A DNA stretch of 64,000 bases from the human T2T-CHM13v2.0 reference genome, Homo sapiens. Below are positions 14,394 to 27,941 of the stretch, piece after piece (position 1 is the first letter of the stretch; each line of letters begins with the position of its first letter). The notes under the pieces are model-generated. The model ran no database searches. It was given only the letters and a program-made list of their open reading frames with translations, and had not been told where the DNA came from. The stretch lies in NCBI RefSeq assembly GCF_009914755.1, contig NC_060932.1; one strand, 5' to 3'. Both the position numbers and the translations under genes were made by a program.

Positions 14394-15690
14394 TAATTTG
14401 TAACTGAAGGTAAGGCATTTACAAATAAAACTTAAAATATTTGGCGTTGGCTTTGGGACTGAGCAGCTGAAAAGCTAGCAGGGCCTGGAGGAAGACTTCA
14501 GAAATTTGATGGTTCTCATTATGTCTGTCGGTGAAAGCTTAAAGAAGGGAGGGAAAAAAATAATAATTGGAAGCTGAAGGAAAAGAAGCAGTGTTATATA
14601 GTGGCAGAAATTTTAACAAAATTTTCAGCTGTGATAACATGAAAAGTGGGAAAATGTACCTAATGAATAGATGGATTTGACCAAGACTATTTCCAGGCAG
14701 GATATAGAAAGCGTCAGTTGGTTTCTTTTAGTTGAGATTTGTAAGATGCTAATAGAGATATGATAAAGGAAGAATTATTCAGTTATAGAGCAGAATGTAG
14801 AGGAAATATAAAGGAATAAGGTTAGCTGGGTTAGAAAATACAACTATATATCATCCCAACTCTCTCAAGCAGAAGTTTCTGTAACTTGGAAAGGGCCTCT
14901 GGTTAAGGAGGAAATCGCTGCTGTTCTCAGTAAAATATTCTTCAGATAAAGATGAAACCAAGTGTTTACCTATTACACCGATTTGATCCTCAGAAAAATT
15001 TAAAGTGGTTCCTAATAGACCATTTCCAGCAGAGAAAAGGGCTTTCAAGGTTTGCTTTGGCCCTCGGGTTAATCTTTGGGTTGAAATTTAGAACTTCAAA
15101 GATTCTCTCATGTTTTCTCCTACAGCCATCTCATAGCGACCCCAAGGTAGAGGATGGCTCCCAATAGAGAATGTGCATGTGTCCTTTCTCTCGAAGAGAG
15201 TGGATTATAAATTGCTTTATAAAAATCACACAAGGTTTTTGAAAGACTTGTAGAATTGAACTGAAAAGGACAGAGACAGTAAATAGTAGATAATTAATAA
15301 AGATCTGTAGATCACAGATTTTTTTTGGACAGGAAGCACAGTTAGAAAAGTACTCAATTGTAAAGATGGGTTATTTCTTATGGAAAATAAAAGAGGATTT
15401 AATGAGAGAAAATAAGAGCTGAGAGGGTGGAACCAAGTCATTCAAATGATCTCGAGAGAGCAGTCATGTGTCTGCTTGGATGTCAGATATTGTACAGAAC
15501 AGTGACATTTATTTCCATTTTCAAAGAAAAATGCCCTGCAGTTGCTATGTCTGTACCTTTGTTGTAGAATGTGAATATGAAGCAGATAATTTTAATCTTT
15601 AGATCATAGGTCTTTGGCAGAAGGGCAAATGTATCTGACAAGACATCAGACCTCCAGAGCCTATATTTCAATGCTAAATAGATGTGTTGA
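14394..15690 (+). mobile_element. MLT1-int (MaLR internal sequence) abutting the LTR
   Basis: AAAATATTTGGCGTTGGCTTTGGGAC, ATTGGAAGCTGAAGGAAA, TGTTATATAGTGGCAGAA, ATTTCCAGGCAG are MaLR internal motifs; right boundary approximate. Confidence 0.75.
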
Positions 15691-15696
15691 GAGAGG

Positions 15697-16790
15697 TAAT
15701 CCTTGCTTTGCTACTGATACTACAGGGAAATGATGCAGTCTTTCAATATTTAATGTGATATCAACTGTAGATTCATGGTATATGCCCTTTATCAGGTTGA
15801 GGAAGTTTGTTTTATTCTTAATTATATCATGATTGGGTGTTGAATTTTGTCAAGTGCTTTTTTTTTCTGCATCCATTATTAATCCAAAAATAGAAAAGAG
15901 GAATGTTCTAAGGTGCATTATTTTCTTCCTTCTTCACGTTTTTAGTTAAGATTGCTTTTCTTTTTCTAGTTTCTTGAGGTTGAAATTTAGATCATTCATT
16001 TAAACAATTATTTTCTAATAAGAGTATTTAGTTCTATGAATGTCACTCTGACAGATTTTATAAATTTTGATATGGTCTATTTTTAGTTTCATCAAATTTA
16101 AAATATTTTCTAGTATCTTTTATGATTTTTGACTTATTAGACATTAGACATATTGGACTTATTAGACATGTTTACTTACATTTCTGATATTTGTGAGTTT
16201 TGACAAATATGTTATTGATTTCTAGTTCAATATACTGTGAATAATTTCAGTCATTTTACATTAATTGAAAATCATTTTGGCATTAAATGTTTTATCTTGT
16301 TGAATATTACTTGTACAATTAAAATGAATATGTGTTCTAGTGTTTTGGGGTGGAGTTATCCATAAATAATTGGATTGGTTTGCTTAACAGTTGTGTTCAA
16401 AAGTTGTATATCCTTACTAAATTTCTCAGTAAGTAATTTTAATAAATTATTGAGAGAGGTATTAAAATAGTCCATTATAAATGATATTATTCTATTCTTT
16501 TAATTGCCTCATTAATAATTTCAATCTCAGTTATTAGGTATATACACATTAGTTTTGTTTTAGCCTCTTGATAAATTGATCTCTTCATCATTATGAGAAG
16601 TACTGCTGTATCCCTGGAATATTCCTTGCTCTGACGTTTACATTGCCTAATATTGATATGGATACTCTAATTTTTCTATATGTATTCAGTGTTCTCATAG
16701 TATAACTTTTGCATGCTTTTGCTTTTATCAGAAAAGTATATTTACATGTAAATACATTTCTTAAAGATAGCACATAATTGAGTCTTTAAA
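15697..16790 (-). mobile_element. Old L1M ORF2 fragments
   Basis: ATGCCCTTTATCAGGTTGAGGAAGTT, GGGTGTTGAATTTTGTCAA, AATTATTGAGAGAGG. Confidence 0.8.
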
Positions 16791-16802
16791 AAAAAATTCT
16801 AA

Positions 16803-17107
16803 AGCCGGGAGCAATGGTTCATGCCTGTAATCCTAGCACTTTGGGAAGCTGAGGCAGGTGGATCACTTGAGGTCAGGAGTTTGAGACCAGCCTTGCCAAC
16901 ATGGAGAAACCCCGTCTCCACTAAAAATACAAAAAGTAGCCAGGCATAGTGGCGCATGCCCGTAATCCCAGCTACTTGGGCCGCTAAAGCAGGAGAATTG
17001 CTTCAACCTGGGAGGCGGAGATGGCAGTGAGAGGAGATTGCACCACTGCACTCCAGCCTGGGCGACACAGTGAGACTGTCTTAAAAAAAATACAAAATAA
17101 ACAAAAA
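16803..17107 (+). mobile_element. AluS (Sx/Sz-like)
   Basis: Full dimer, GGATCACTTGAGGTCAGGAGTT, A-rich tail. Confidence 0.95.
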
Positions 17108-17225
17108 TATGTTTGAGATCTGATAGTTTAAAAATATATATTATATATGTGGAGAACACATATGAACTATGTTCACCAAGAGGAGATTTACTACAAATAT
17201 ATTTTTTATTTCTTGTTTCCTTCAA

Positions 17226-17538
17226 GCTCTGAGTGAGTTTGAAAGTGGATCTTCTGAAGCCTTCCAACAGTCATGTGTGGAATCTGGAAGTGCATTTTTG
17301 AGGCTTTCCCATAGCCATCTGAGTGAGCTGGTAAGTGGATTATTTACAAAAACTTAGGATGACTGCAGCTTCAGTTGATGTCTTGATTGCAGGCCTGTGA
17401 AACCTATTAAATCAGAAGCACCCAGCTCAACTATACCCAGGTGATTGACCTACAAAATATGTGAGATTTTTAAAAAAGTTTTTTCAAGCTACTAAATATG
17501 TGATAATCTGGTATACAACAATAGTTAATGAATTTACA
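17226..17538 (+). mobile_element. MLT1F-like LTR, 3' portion
   Basis: Repeated GAGTGAG.TTGGAAGTGGAT units, GATGACTGCAGC, CACCCAGCT, AAGCTACTAAAT, CAACAATAG. Confidence 0.75.
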
Positions 17539-17579
17539 GATTTCTTCTCATATTTTATGATAGAGTTTATTCAAGACAG

Positions 17580-18460
17580 TTCAGGACTTGACTGAACACT
17601 GTAAGATTAAAGACAAAAAGGATGCCATACATATGTTGTATGTTGATAAATTTCTCATAAAGGTATGAGTTAAACATTCAAAAACAGTTGTTAGAGAGAG
17701 ACATTATAAATAAAAAGTGGACAGGCTAGAATAAATGGTGTGGTGCTAGATTGGAGTCAGTGGTATCAATATGTACTCATTTTATGTATAAAAATACAGA
17801 AAAGGTGGAATAAGTACATGTCTGTGTATAAGCATGTGTGATTATACATGTGTCTCTTCTGTGAGTAGAAGCAGTGACACCACAATAGCATTGAGCACAC
17901 CTGGCACCAAGAACATAGTTCCTAAATACAATTCTCCAATTAAAGAAGTCAAGATTCCTTGGAGAACTGATTGATTTTAAGCCCCAGCAGGGAAAATACT
18001 AAATAAACTTGAGGAAAAAGAGCCTGTTGGCAGGCTTCAGGAGGTCCACTTTCAAACTCAATCAGGGCTGTTGGAAGGCCTCAGGTCCTTGGTAAGCATT
18101 AGAGCTACTCACTGCATGTTATTTGCTTCCCTCTTGTTTGCCTGAAGGAAATAAGATATACTAAAAGAAATTCTTTTTAGAATGATGAGCATTGAATGTA
18201 GTATATTTGAGGAAAAAAAATTTATGCCGGGCATAATAAGTGGCATATTAAAAATATGGACATTATGAGAAAACCACTGAATTTGGAGTAAGTCTGTGCT
18301 TTAGTAAATAGTGCTGGGCCAAGGTTAATTGCTTACGGTTTTTAAAATATTTTATTGTTATATAAAACATCAGTGTAAGTAGAAGCTGGAAGAAAGATAA
18401 ACAGAAAATCTCTGCATTGTTTTTGTACATTTCTGTAAGTCCAAAATTATATAATTACTC
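17580..18460 (+). mobile_element. L1MC3/L1MC4-like 3'UTR fragments, interrupted at ~18020-18140
   Basis: GCTAGATTGGAGTCAG, GCAGTGACACC..ATAGCATTGAGCACACCT, TTCCTTGGAGAA; terminal TTTCTGTAAGTCCAAAATTAT. Confidence 0.7.
18024..18140 (-). mobile_element. Inverted MLT1F-like LTR fragment
   Basis: Reverse complement reads ...AGGACCTGAGGCCTTCCAACAGCCCTGATTGAGTTTGAAAGTGG; overlaps 17226-17270 at 40/45 identity. Confidence 0.7.
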
Positions 18461-20477
18461 TCCCCCAAAATTTAACATCAATGAAATTTTATTTAAAATT
18501 GCCTTTTATTTCACAAAAACTCTTCTTATAAAAAGTGAAACTTAAAATAAAAGAAATAATCTGCCTCATATAGGAGTCAATGAAGAGACTTAATAAACAT
18601 TGCTGTTGGCTGCTATAGTAGCGTGTTACAATATAATTAACTATAATATTTCAGATTGTTAATAAGGAAGGTGGCAAAGATACTCAAGGATTTTCAGATA
18701 TAAGCCTGATAGATGCACAGAAGCATCACTGTGTAAATTGAAATTACTGTAGCAGGGATATGCAGAACAGATTCTAGCAATTCTTTCATCGAGGTATGTG
18801 GCAGATGGACTCATAGTGTATGTGGCTTAGTGCAGGGGAGATTCTGTTAATAGACCAATAGTTCCAACAGCTGACACGTTCCGGAGACATAATGGTCCAT
18901 CATATCAATGATCAGTGACCTTAAAGGCTATAAATATACTGTAACTGTCTTTTGTGTCAAGAATCTGCAAGCTAAAGGATGCCCAAGAACCATAACTTGC
19001 TTACAGTCCCTAAATATGACTCTACGTGATGGACTGTGACTGCTGAGAATGAGCCGTCATCATCTACTGGATCAGTAATCGGCATTGTTAATATTCACAG
19101 GAGTTGTGCTGCAAAATCCTCCATACTTGCCAGTAAAGGAAAAATGCACCCTTTGTCCTTCCCTTGTCTAGGTTAATTGTTTTTAAAAAATGTAAACTAC
19201 CATGTCTTGAAATGCTGTTACCAAAGTTTATCAGTAACGTCTTCATCAAAGGAGATAAAATAGATTTTAGAATCTCTTTAATAGTATACAGAAAGAAACT
19301 TTGTTGAGGAAATCTTTCTTCCTTCTCGCATCATTCCCACAATATTTTATAATCCTAAGCATGGCAATATTCAGCAAAGCTCTTTCATTTCCTGTCTAAA
19401 TTATAAGTACATTATTATCTTTTTATTTGGATAGTCACAAAATGGAAGAATAATGGTAACCTTGTTGAACAAGAACAAGCATAAACTTGTGTCATTTATT
19501 TCCTTATACTGTAGAAAATTGCCTCAATTTTTTTATTTACATACAAAAAATAGGTTTTCTCATGGGTAAATTCCCATTATTTCAGAATCGCATTCCATCA
19601 GTTAGAAAAATTGTTAAATTTTACCTAGAGTAAAAAGGAAAAATCTAGCAGACATGTTTGGAACTATAAAAGTACTGGACCCCATTGTTCTGAGCTCCAA
19701 ATATATACACACATATACTCATACACTGACTCTGATGAGTAGCCATAGAAACAAAGGACTGATATTCTCAGAAACACTGAGATTAGTTGCCAAATATATA
19801 CTAAGAATAAGTTATTATGAAGAATGTGGATCTGGACTAAATTTAAAATGCTTTTCTTTATCTTTCTTGTTGGCTCTTTAGTTTGAATTATTCAAATATC
19901 ATTATAGCTTACTGATACCATTTAAAAAACACATGAATTGGTTGCGCCTATTAAAACACACCTGAAGAAGCAGACAAAATAATAGAATAGACATAACTTA
20001 AAAATGAGGTATGCAACAAAGTAGTTATGTTGTATGAAAATGATCACAAAGTAAAAATCAGAGAAACAATGATTTATTTTTAATGCAATATTGCATTAAA
20101 TAATTAATTATTATGGAAAGAAAACTTGCTTTCATCAGCTTATGCTTCTAAATGATTAAAGGTAACATCATCATGTCACAAGCTTGCTTTTAGCAATACG
20201 GTAAAAGCAATTTTGACTACTACACCCTGATAAATAATGTAATGATACTTACCTAAAAATATGTGTTGTGCATACTAAATTAGATGTTAAAACTTCAAGG
20301 CATTTGTGGAGTCAACAGTGCTTTTTCTACTCTGAATAATATTTGGAATACATTAAATGTTTGTCAAGTTGGCAAATATAAATGTCCTTTAAATCATTGA
20401 AAAATACAGAGGATAATTTAAAAATAAGAATTATCTCACGCAATATAGTTTCTTTAATCATATAAATTGTTTCACTT

Positions 20478-20660
20478 GGTATAATAAAAAGAACAGTGGA
20501 TTCAGAATCAAAAGAGCTGGGTTTGAATGCCAACTTTAAAAATATTAACTATATGATGTAGATAATATGAATTTGTTCTTTTAATCTCTGTTTTCTTCTG
20601 GGGTAGAATTAAACATTGTGAACAAACATCCACTTTACAGAACTTTACTAATATAAAGCA
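20478..20660 (+). mobile_element. MIR
   Basis: AAGAACAGTGGATTCAGAATCAAAAGAGCTGGGTTTGAATGCC resembles the MIR 5' part. Confidence 0.6.
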
Positions 20661-20679
20661 ATATTATTCTTGTCACTGA

Positions 20680-21478
20680 AGTTTTTTATTTACAAAAGGT
20701 ATAATTTAGACTTTGATGCATACATTTCTGTGGATTTTAGCAAATTCATAGAGTCACACGTCCACCACCATAGCTGTTATGTAGAACAGTTCCAGCAATT
20801 CAAATATTCCTTTGTACTGCTCCTTCATAGGCTCTGCTATGCTTCTATTTTACTGTTTGATTATTCCAGATGTCACATAGATGGAATCAAATAACATATA
20901 GCAGTTCAAGTCTGCTTTCTTTTACTTAAAAAATGCTTTTGAGATCCATCCACATTTTTTCATATATCAATGACTCACTCTGTTCTTTTGCTTAGTAGTA
21001 TTCCAAGTCTTTTATACTATTAATATGTATGTGTATACCAAAGTTTGTCACTCATCAGTCACAGGACATTTGGGTTGTTTTCTGCTTTCTGTGAGTATAA
21101 GTCAAGATGTCATAAATATTAACATATAAGTTTTGGGTAAACATACATTTTTATTTCTTTGAGTTACATATGTAGGCATATAATACTATTATTAGTTATA
21201 TGTTGAATTCATAAGAAACTGCTAAACTATTTTCCAAAATGATTCCATCAGCTTTCAATCCCAACAGCAGTATGAGAGTTCCAGTTGCTCTGTATCCTCT
21301 CCAGTACTTGATATTGTCAGCTATCTAGTACAATGCTATCATTATTATATTTTTGCTGGGAAGATGGCATGTTAATAGGTGTGCAGTGGTATCTCATTGC
21401 AGTTATAATTTGGGTATCTCTAAAGGTTAATGATATTGAAAATATTTTTATATTATCATTTGTTATTCAGACATCTTT
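20680..21478 (-). mobile_element. Old L1ME/L1MD-type element, 3' end (host of the nested stack)
   Basis: ATGGAATCAAATAACATAT, TTTTGAGATCCATCCA, GGACATTTGGGTTGTTT, CAGCAGTATGAGAGTTCCAGTTGCT. Confidence 0.8.
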
Positions 21479-23463
21479 TTTAAAAAATCATTTCAACTTT
21501 TATTTTAGATTTAGGGGTACATGTGCAGATTTGTACCTAGGTATATTGTGTGATGCTGAGGTTTTGGATATGATTAATCCCATCACCCAGGTACTGAGCA
21601 TAGTACCCAATAATTAACTTTTAACATCTCTTGTCTCCCTCCCTGCCTCCTCCCTCCAGCAGTCCCGTGTCTATTGTTCCCATCTTTATATAAGCCCCCA
21701 TTGTTTAGCTCCCACTTACAACTGAACATGCAATACATAGTTTTCTGTTCTTGCATTAATTCACTTAGGATAATGGCCCCTAGCTGCATCCATGTTGCTG
21801 CAAAGTACATGATTTCATTCTTTTTTATGGCTATGTCATATTCCACGTAGTAAATATACTACATTTTCCTTATCTAATCCACCATTGATGGGCATCTAAG
21901 TTGATTCCACGTATTTGCTATTGTGAATGGTGCCACAATGAACATATGAGTACATGCATCTTTTTGCTAGGAGAGTTTGTTTCAGTTTTGTTTTGTTTTG
22001 TTTTTTATGTATAACCAGTAATGGATTGCTGGGTCAAATGGTAGTTTTGTTTTAAGTTCTTTGTGGAAAGAAATCTCCAAATTGCTTTCCACATTGGCTG
22101 AACTAATTTACATTCCCACCAACAGTGTAGAAGCATTCCCTTCCCTTTTCTCTGCAGCCTCGCCAATTTCTGTGGTTTTTGACTTTTAATAATAGCCATT
22201 CTGACTACTGTGAAATGATATCTCATTGTGGTTTTGATTTGCATTCTCTGATGATTAGTGATGTTAAACTCTTTTTCATAGGTTTGTTGGCCATTTGTAT
22301 GTCTACATTTGAGACGTATCTGTTAACATCTTTTGCCCACTTTTTATTTTTTATTTTTTGCTTGTTTAATTAAATTCCTTATAGACTGTGGATATTAGAC
22401 CTTTGTCAGATGATGCATATTGTGAATATTTTTTTCCATTCTGTAGGTTCTATGTTTACTCTATTTATTGCTTTTTGGCTGTGCAGAAGCTGTTTACTTT
22501 AATCAAGTCCTACTCGTCTACTTCTGTTTTTGTTGCAATTGCTTTTGAGTATGTAGTCATAAATTATTTCCTAAGACTGATGTCCAGAATGGCATTTCCT
22601 AGGTTTTCTTCTAGGAATCTTCAAGTTGTTGTTATTACATTTAAATCTTTAATCCATATTGAGTTAATTTTTGTTTACAATGAAAGGTAGGGTTCAGTTA
22701 GATTCCTCTGCACATGGCTAGCCATTTGTTTCAGCGCTAATTATCAAATAAAGAGTTGTTTCTCTATTGCTTATTTTTGTTGACTCTGTTGAAAATCGGA
22801 TAGGTTTAGATGTGCAGTTTTATTTCTGAGTTCTCTATTCTGTTCAGTTGGTCTTTGTGTCTGTTTTTGTACTAGTTCCGTGCTATTTTGGTTATTGTAG
22901 CCTTTAGTGTAGTTTTAAGCCAGGTAATATGATGCCTCTGGCTTAGTTGTTTTTGCTTAGAAGTGCTTTGGCTATCTGGGCTCATTTTTGGTTCCATATG
23001 AATTTTAAATATATTTTTCTAGTTCTGTGAAAAATAATGTCGGTAGGTTGATAGGAATAGCATTGACACTGTGCATTGCTTTAGATAGTATAGTCAGTTT
23101 GACAATACTGATTCTTCCAATACATAAGCATGAAATTCTTTTCCATTTGTTTTTCTGATCTGTGATTTCTTTCAGTAGTGTTTTGTAGTTTTCCTTGTAG
23201 AGATGCTTCACTTTCCTGGTCAAATATATTCCTAGGCATTTTATTTCAGTTTTATTGCAGTTATTGTGAATGGTGTTATATTTTTGATTTGGCTCTCAGC
23301 TTGAATGTTATTGAGGTATAGAAATGGTTCTGATTTTTTTACATTGATTTTGTATCCTGAAACTTGACTGAAGTCATTTATCAGTTTCTGGAGCCTTCTG
23401 GCAGAGTCTTCATGGTTTTCTGTGTACAGAATCATCTCATCAGTAAAAGAGTTTGACTTCCTC

Positions 23464-23939
<476 letters not shown>

Positions 23940-23981
23940 CTATTCAGTATAATGTTGGCTGTGGGTTTGTCATAAAGGGCT

Positions 23982-24039
23982 CTTATTATTTTGAGGTATG
24001 CTTATCATTTTGAGGTATTGCTTATTATTTTGAGGTATG
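23982..24039 (+). repeat. Tandem triplication of a 19-20-bp unit in L1
   Basis: CTTATTATTTTGAGGTATG x3 with minor variation. Confidence 0.9.
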
Positions 24040-24880
24040 TTCTTTCAATGCCTAGTACCTTGAGAGTTTTTATTTTGAAGGGATGTTGGATTTTATGAAA
24101 AGTTTTTATGTGTTGGTTGAGATGAACATATAGTTTTTATTTTCAATTCTATGCCTGTGGTGAATCACATTTATTGATTTGTGTTTTTTGAACTGACCTT
24201 GCATACCAGGAATGATACCAACTTGATCATGGTAAATTAAGTTTATAATGTGCTGCTGAATTCAGTTTGCTGGTATTTTGTTGAGGACTTTTGTATGTAT
24301 ATTCATCATGGACATTGGCCTGTCATTTCCTTTTTTCATTGTGTCTTTTCCATGTTTTAGTATCAGGGTGATGCTGGCATTGTAAGATGAGTAAGGGAGA
24401 AGTTACTCCTCCTCAACTTTTTGGAATAGTTTTAGTAGAATTGGTACCAGCTCTTTTTTCACATCTGGAAGAATTCATCTGTCAATCCTTCTGGTCCGAG
24501 ACCTGTTTTAGTTGGTAGGTTTACTAATGATTCAATTCTAGAACTCAATATTGGTCTGTTCAGGATTTCAATTTCTTCTTTGTTTGTTTGCATAAATGTG
24601 TTTATAATAATCCCTGGGTATCTTTTGTATACCTGTGGGATCAGTTGTAATGTCACCTTTGTCATTTTTTCATTTTTGATTGTGCTTATTTGGATCTTTA
24701 TTTTTTTCTTTGTTAATCTAGCTAGAGGTCTATCAATCTTATGTATGCTTTCAAAGATTTAAATTTTGGTATTTTTGATTCTTTGTATGGATTTTTTGGT
24801 ATTAATTCTGTACAGTTTGGCTCTGATTTTAGTTATTTCATTTCTTCTGCTGGCCTTGGGATTAGTTTGTTCTTATTTTT

Positions 24881-25984
24881 ATTTTATTTATTTATTATTA
24901 TTATTATTATTATACTTTAAGTTCTATGGTACATGTGCACAGTGTGCAGGTTTGTTACATATGTATACATGTGCTATGTTGGTGTGCTGCACCACCCATT
25001 AACTCGTCATTTACATTAGGTATATCTCCTAATGCTATCCCTCCCCACTCCCCCCACCCCATGACAGGCCCCGGTGTGTGATGTTCCCCACCCTGTGTCC
25101 AAGGTTCTCATTGTTCAGTTCCCACCTATGAATGAGAACATGCAGTGTTTGGTTTTCTGTCCTTGTGATAGTTTGCTGAGAATGATGGTTTCTGCTTCAT
25201 CCATGTCCTTACAAAGGACATGAACTCATCCTTTTTTATGGCTGCATACTATTCCATGGTGTATATGTGCCACATTTTCTTAATGCAGTCTATCATTGAT
25301 GGACATTTGGGTTGGTTCCAAGTCTTTGCTACTGTGAATAATGCTGCAATAAACATATGTGTTCATGTGTCTTTATAGCAGCATGATTTATAATCCTTTG
25401 GGTCTATACCCAGTAATGGGATGGCTGGGTCCAATGGTATTTCTAGTTCTAGATCCTTGAGGAATCGCCACACTGACTTCCACAAGGGTTGAACTAGTTT
25501 ACAGTCCCACCAACAGTGTAAAAGTGTTCCTATTTCTCCACATCCTCTCCAGCACCTGTTGTTTCCTGCCTTTTTAATGATCGCTATTCTAACTGGTGTG
25601 AGATGGTATCTCATTGTGGTTTTGATTTGCATTTCTCTGATGGCCAGTGATGATGAATATTTTTTCATGTGTCTGTTGGCTGCATAAATGTCTTCTTTTA
25701 GAAGTGTCTGTTCATATCCTTTTCCCACTTTTTGATGGGGTTGTTTGATTTTTTTCTTGTAAATTTGTTTAAGTTATTTGTAGATTCCGGATATTAGCCC
25801 TTTGTCAGATGGGAAGATTGTAAAAATTTTCTCCAATTCTGTAGGTTGCCTGTTCACTCTGATGGTAGTTTCGTTTGCTGTGCAGAAGCTCTTTAGTTTA
25901 ATTAGATCCCATTTGTCAATTTTGGCTTTTGTTGCCATTGCTTTTGGTGTTTTAGTCATGAAGTCCTTGCCCATGCCTATGGCC
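24881..25984 (-). mobile_element. 5'-truncated L1PA5-like element (~1.1 kb)
   Basis: Well-preserved L1PA 3'UTR; ORFs 25363..25728 and 25774..25974 are ORF2p C-terminus ([33 protein letters not shown]); TSD (GTT)CTTATTTTT. Confidence 0.95.
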
Positions 25985-26900
25985 TTATTTTTCTAGTTCT
26001 TTTCTTCTATGGTTCTTATTTTTCTGGTTCCCTTAGGTATGACGTTAAATCGTTCATTGAACTATTTCTAACTTTTTGAGATAGGCAATTAACTGTATAA
26101 ACTTTCCTCTTAATACTGCTTTCGCTGCATCCTAGAGATTTTGATATGTGTCTCTATTTTCATTTATTTCAAATGATTTTTTTTATTTCTGCCTTAATTT
26201 TGTTGTTCATCCAAAAGTCATTCAGGGTCAAGTTATGTAATTTCCAGGTCATTTTGTGGTTTTGAGATATCTTCTTGGTGTTGATTTCTATTCTTATTCC
26301 ACTTTGGTCTGAGAGTATAGTTAGTATGATTTCAACTTATTTTGTATTTATTGAAACTTGTTTTAAGGGATGCATGTGGATGATCTTGTAGTATGTTCCA
26401 TGGGCAGATGAGAAGAATGTAAAATTTGTGGCTGATGGATGGAGCCTTATGTAGATGTCTATTAGGTAGAGTTAGTGGCATGTCAAAGTTAAGTCCAGAA
26501 TTTCTTTGTTAGTTTTCTGCCTCAATGATCTGCCTAATGCAGTGGGGTGCCAAATTACTCCACTATTATTGTGTGGCTTACTAAGTCTTTTCATAGGTCT
26601 AGAAGTACTTGTTTTATAAATCTGGGTTCTCAAATATGGGGTGCATGTACATTTAGGACAGTTAAGTCTTCTTGTTGAATTGAACTCTTTGCCCCTTTGC
26701 CATTATGCAATGCTCTTCTTTGTCTTTTATTTTCACTATTGTTGGTTTAAAGTCAGTTTTATCTGACATAATAATAGTGACCCTTGCTCTCTTTTGAATC
26801 TGCTTGCATGATAGATCTATCTCCAACCCTTCAGTTTAAACCTATGGGTGTTGTTACATGTAATATGGGTCTCCTGAAAACAGCAGATGGCTGGGTCTTG

Positions 26901-26902
26901 TT

Positions 26903-26949
<47 letters not shown>

Positions 26950-26950
26950 T
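26901..26950. repeat. (TTTA)n microsatellite
   Basis: Direct observation. Confidence 0.95.
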
Positions 26951-27404
26951 ATCCAACTTGCCACTCTGTGTCTTTTAAGTGGACTGTTTAGACCATTTAC
27001 ATTCAAGGTTAATATTCACATATGATGTTTTGACCCTATCATGAACTTGTTAGCTGGTTGTTTTATAGTATATATTATATGATTGTTTATAAAGTGTAAG
27101 GAATATATATGTACTTATATGTGTTTTTGTGGTAGCAGGTATTGTTCTTTTGTTTCCATGTTTAGAAATTCCTTAAGAATGTCTTGTTATGTTGGTCTAG
27201 TGTTATCCGAATATGTTATTTGTCAATGTTTGTTTACATATATAGGGTTATATGTTTTCTCATGTCTGAGTTTTGATGGTTTGTTATATATTCTGAAAAA
27301 TTTGTTTTCCAGTAATGTGATTTACAAATATTTTCATTCTTTCAACATTCTTTTTTTGTATAGAAAAAGTTTTTATTTTTGAAGTCCAATTTATTTTTAT
27401 TCTT

Positions 27405-27715
27405 TCTTTTTTTTTTTTTTTTTTTTTTTTTTGAGACGGAGTCTTGCTCTGTCGCCCAGGCTGGAGTGCAGTGGCGCATCTCGGCTCACTGCAAGCTCTG
27501 CCTCCCGGGTTCATGCCATTCTCCTGCCTTGGCCTCCTGAGAAGCTGGGACTACAGGTGCCCGCCACCACGCCCAGCTAGTTTTTTTTTTTATTTTTAGT
27601 AGAGACGGGTTTTCACCGTGTTAGCCAGGATGGTCTTGATCTCCTGACCTTGTGATCCGCCCGCCTCAGCCTCCCAAAGTGCTGGGATTACAGGCGTGAG
27701 CCACCGTGCCTGGCC
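27405..27715 (-). mobile_element. AluY with perfect 17-bp TSD
   Basis: TSD AATTTATTTTTATTCTT at 27388-27404 and 27716-27732; Y diagnostics; long T tract. Confidence 0.97.
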
Positions 27716-27941
27716 AATTTATTTTTATTCTTAAAGGACGCCATTTTTATAGTGTATCTAAAAATTATTTGCTTAACACGTTTGCAAACATTTTCTATGC
27801 TGTTTTCCTCCAGAATTTAAAAATTTATAACTAGGCTCATGATCCACTTTGAAGTGATTTTGTATAAATTGTGAGGTCTAGGTCAAGGTTAATATTTTGC
27901 ATATGGACATCTAACTGTTCCACCACCATTTGTTTAGAAGA

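Noticed and set aside
25363-25974. ORFs with clear L1 ORF2p similarity
   Set aside because: Frameshifted remnants of a 5'-truncated L1, not a functional CDS
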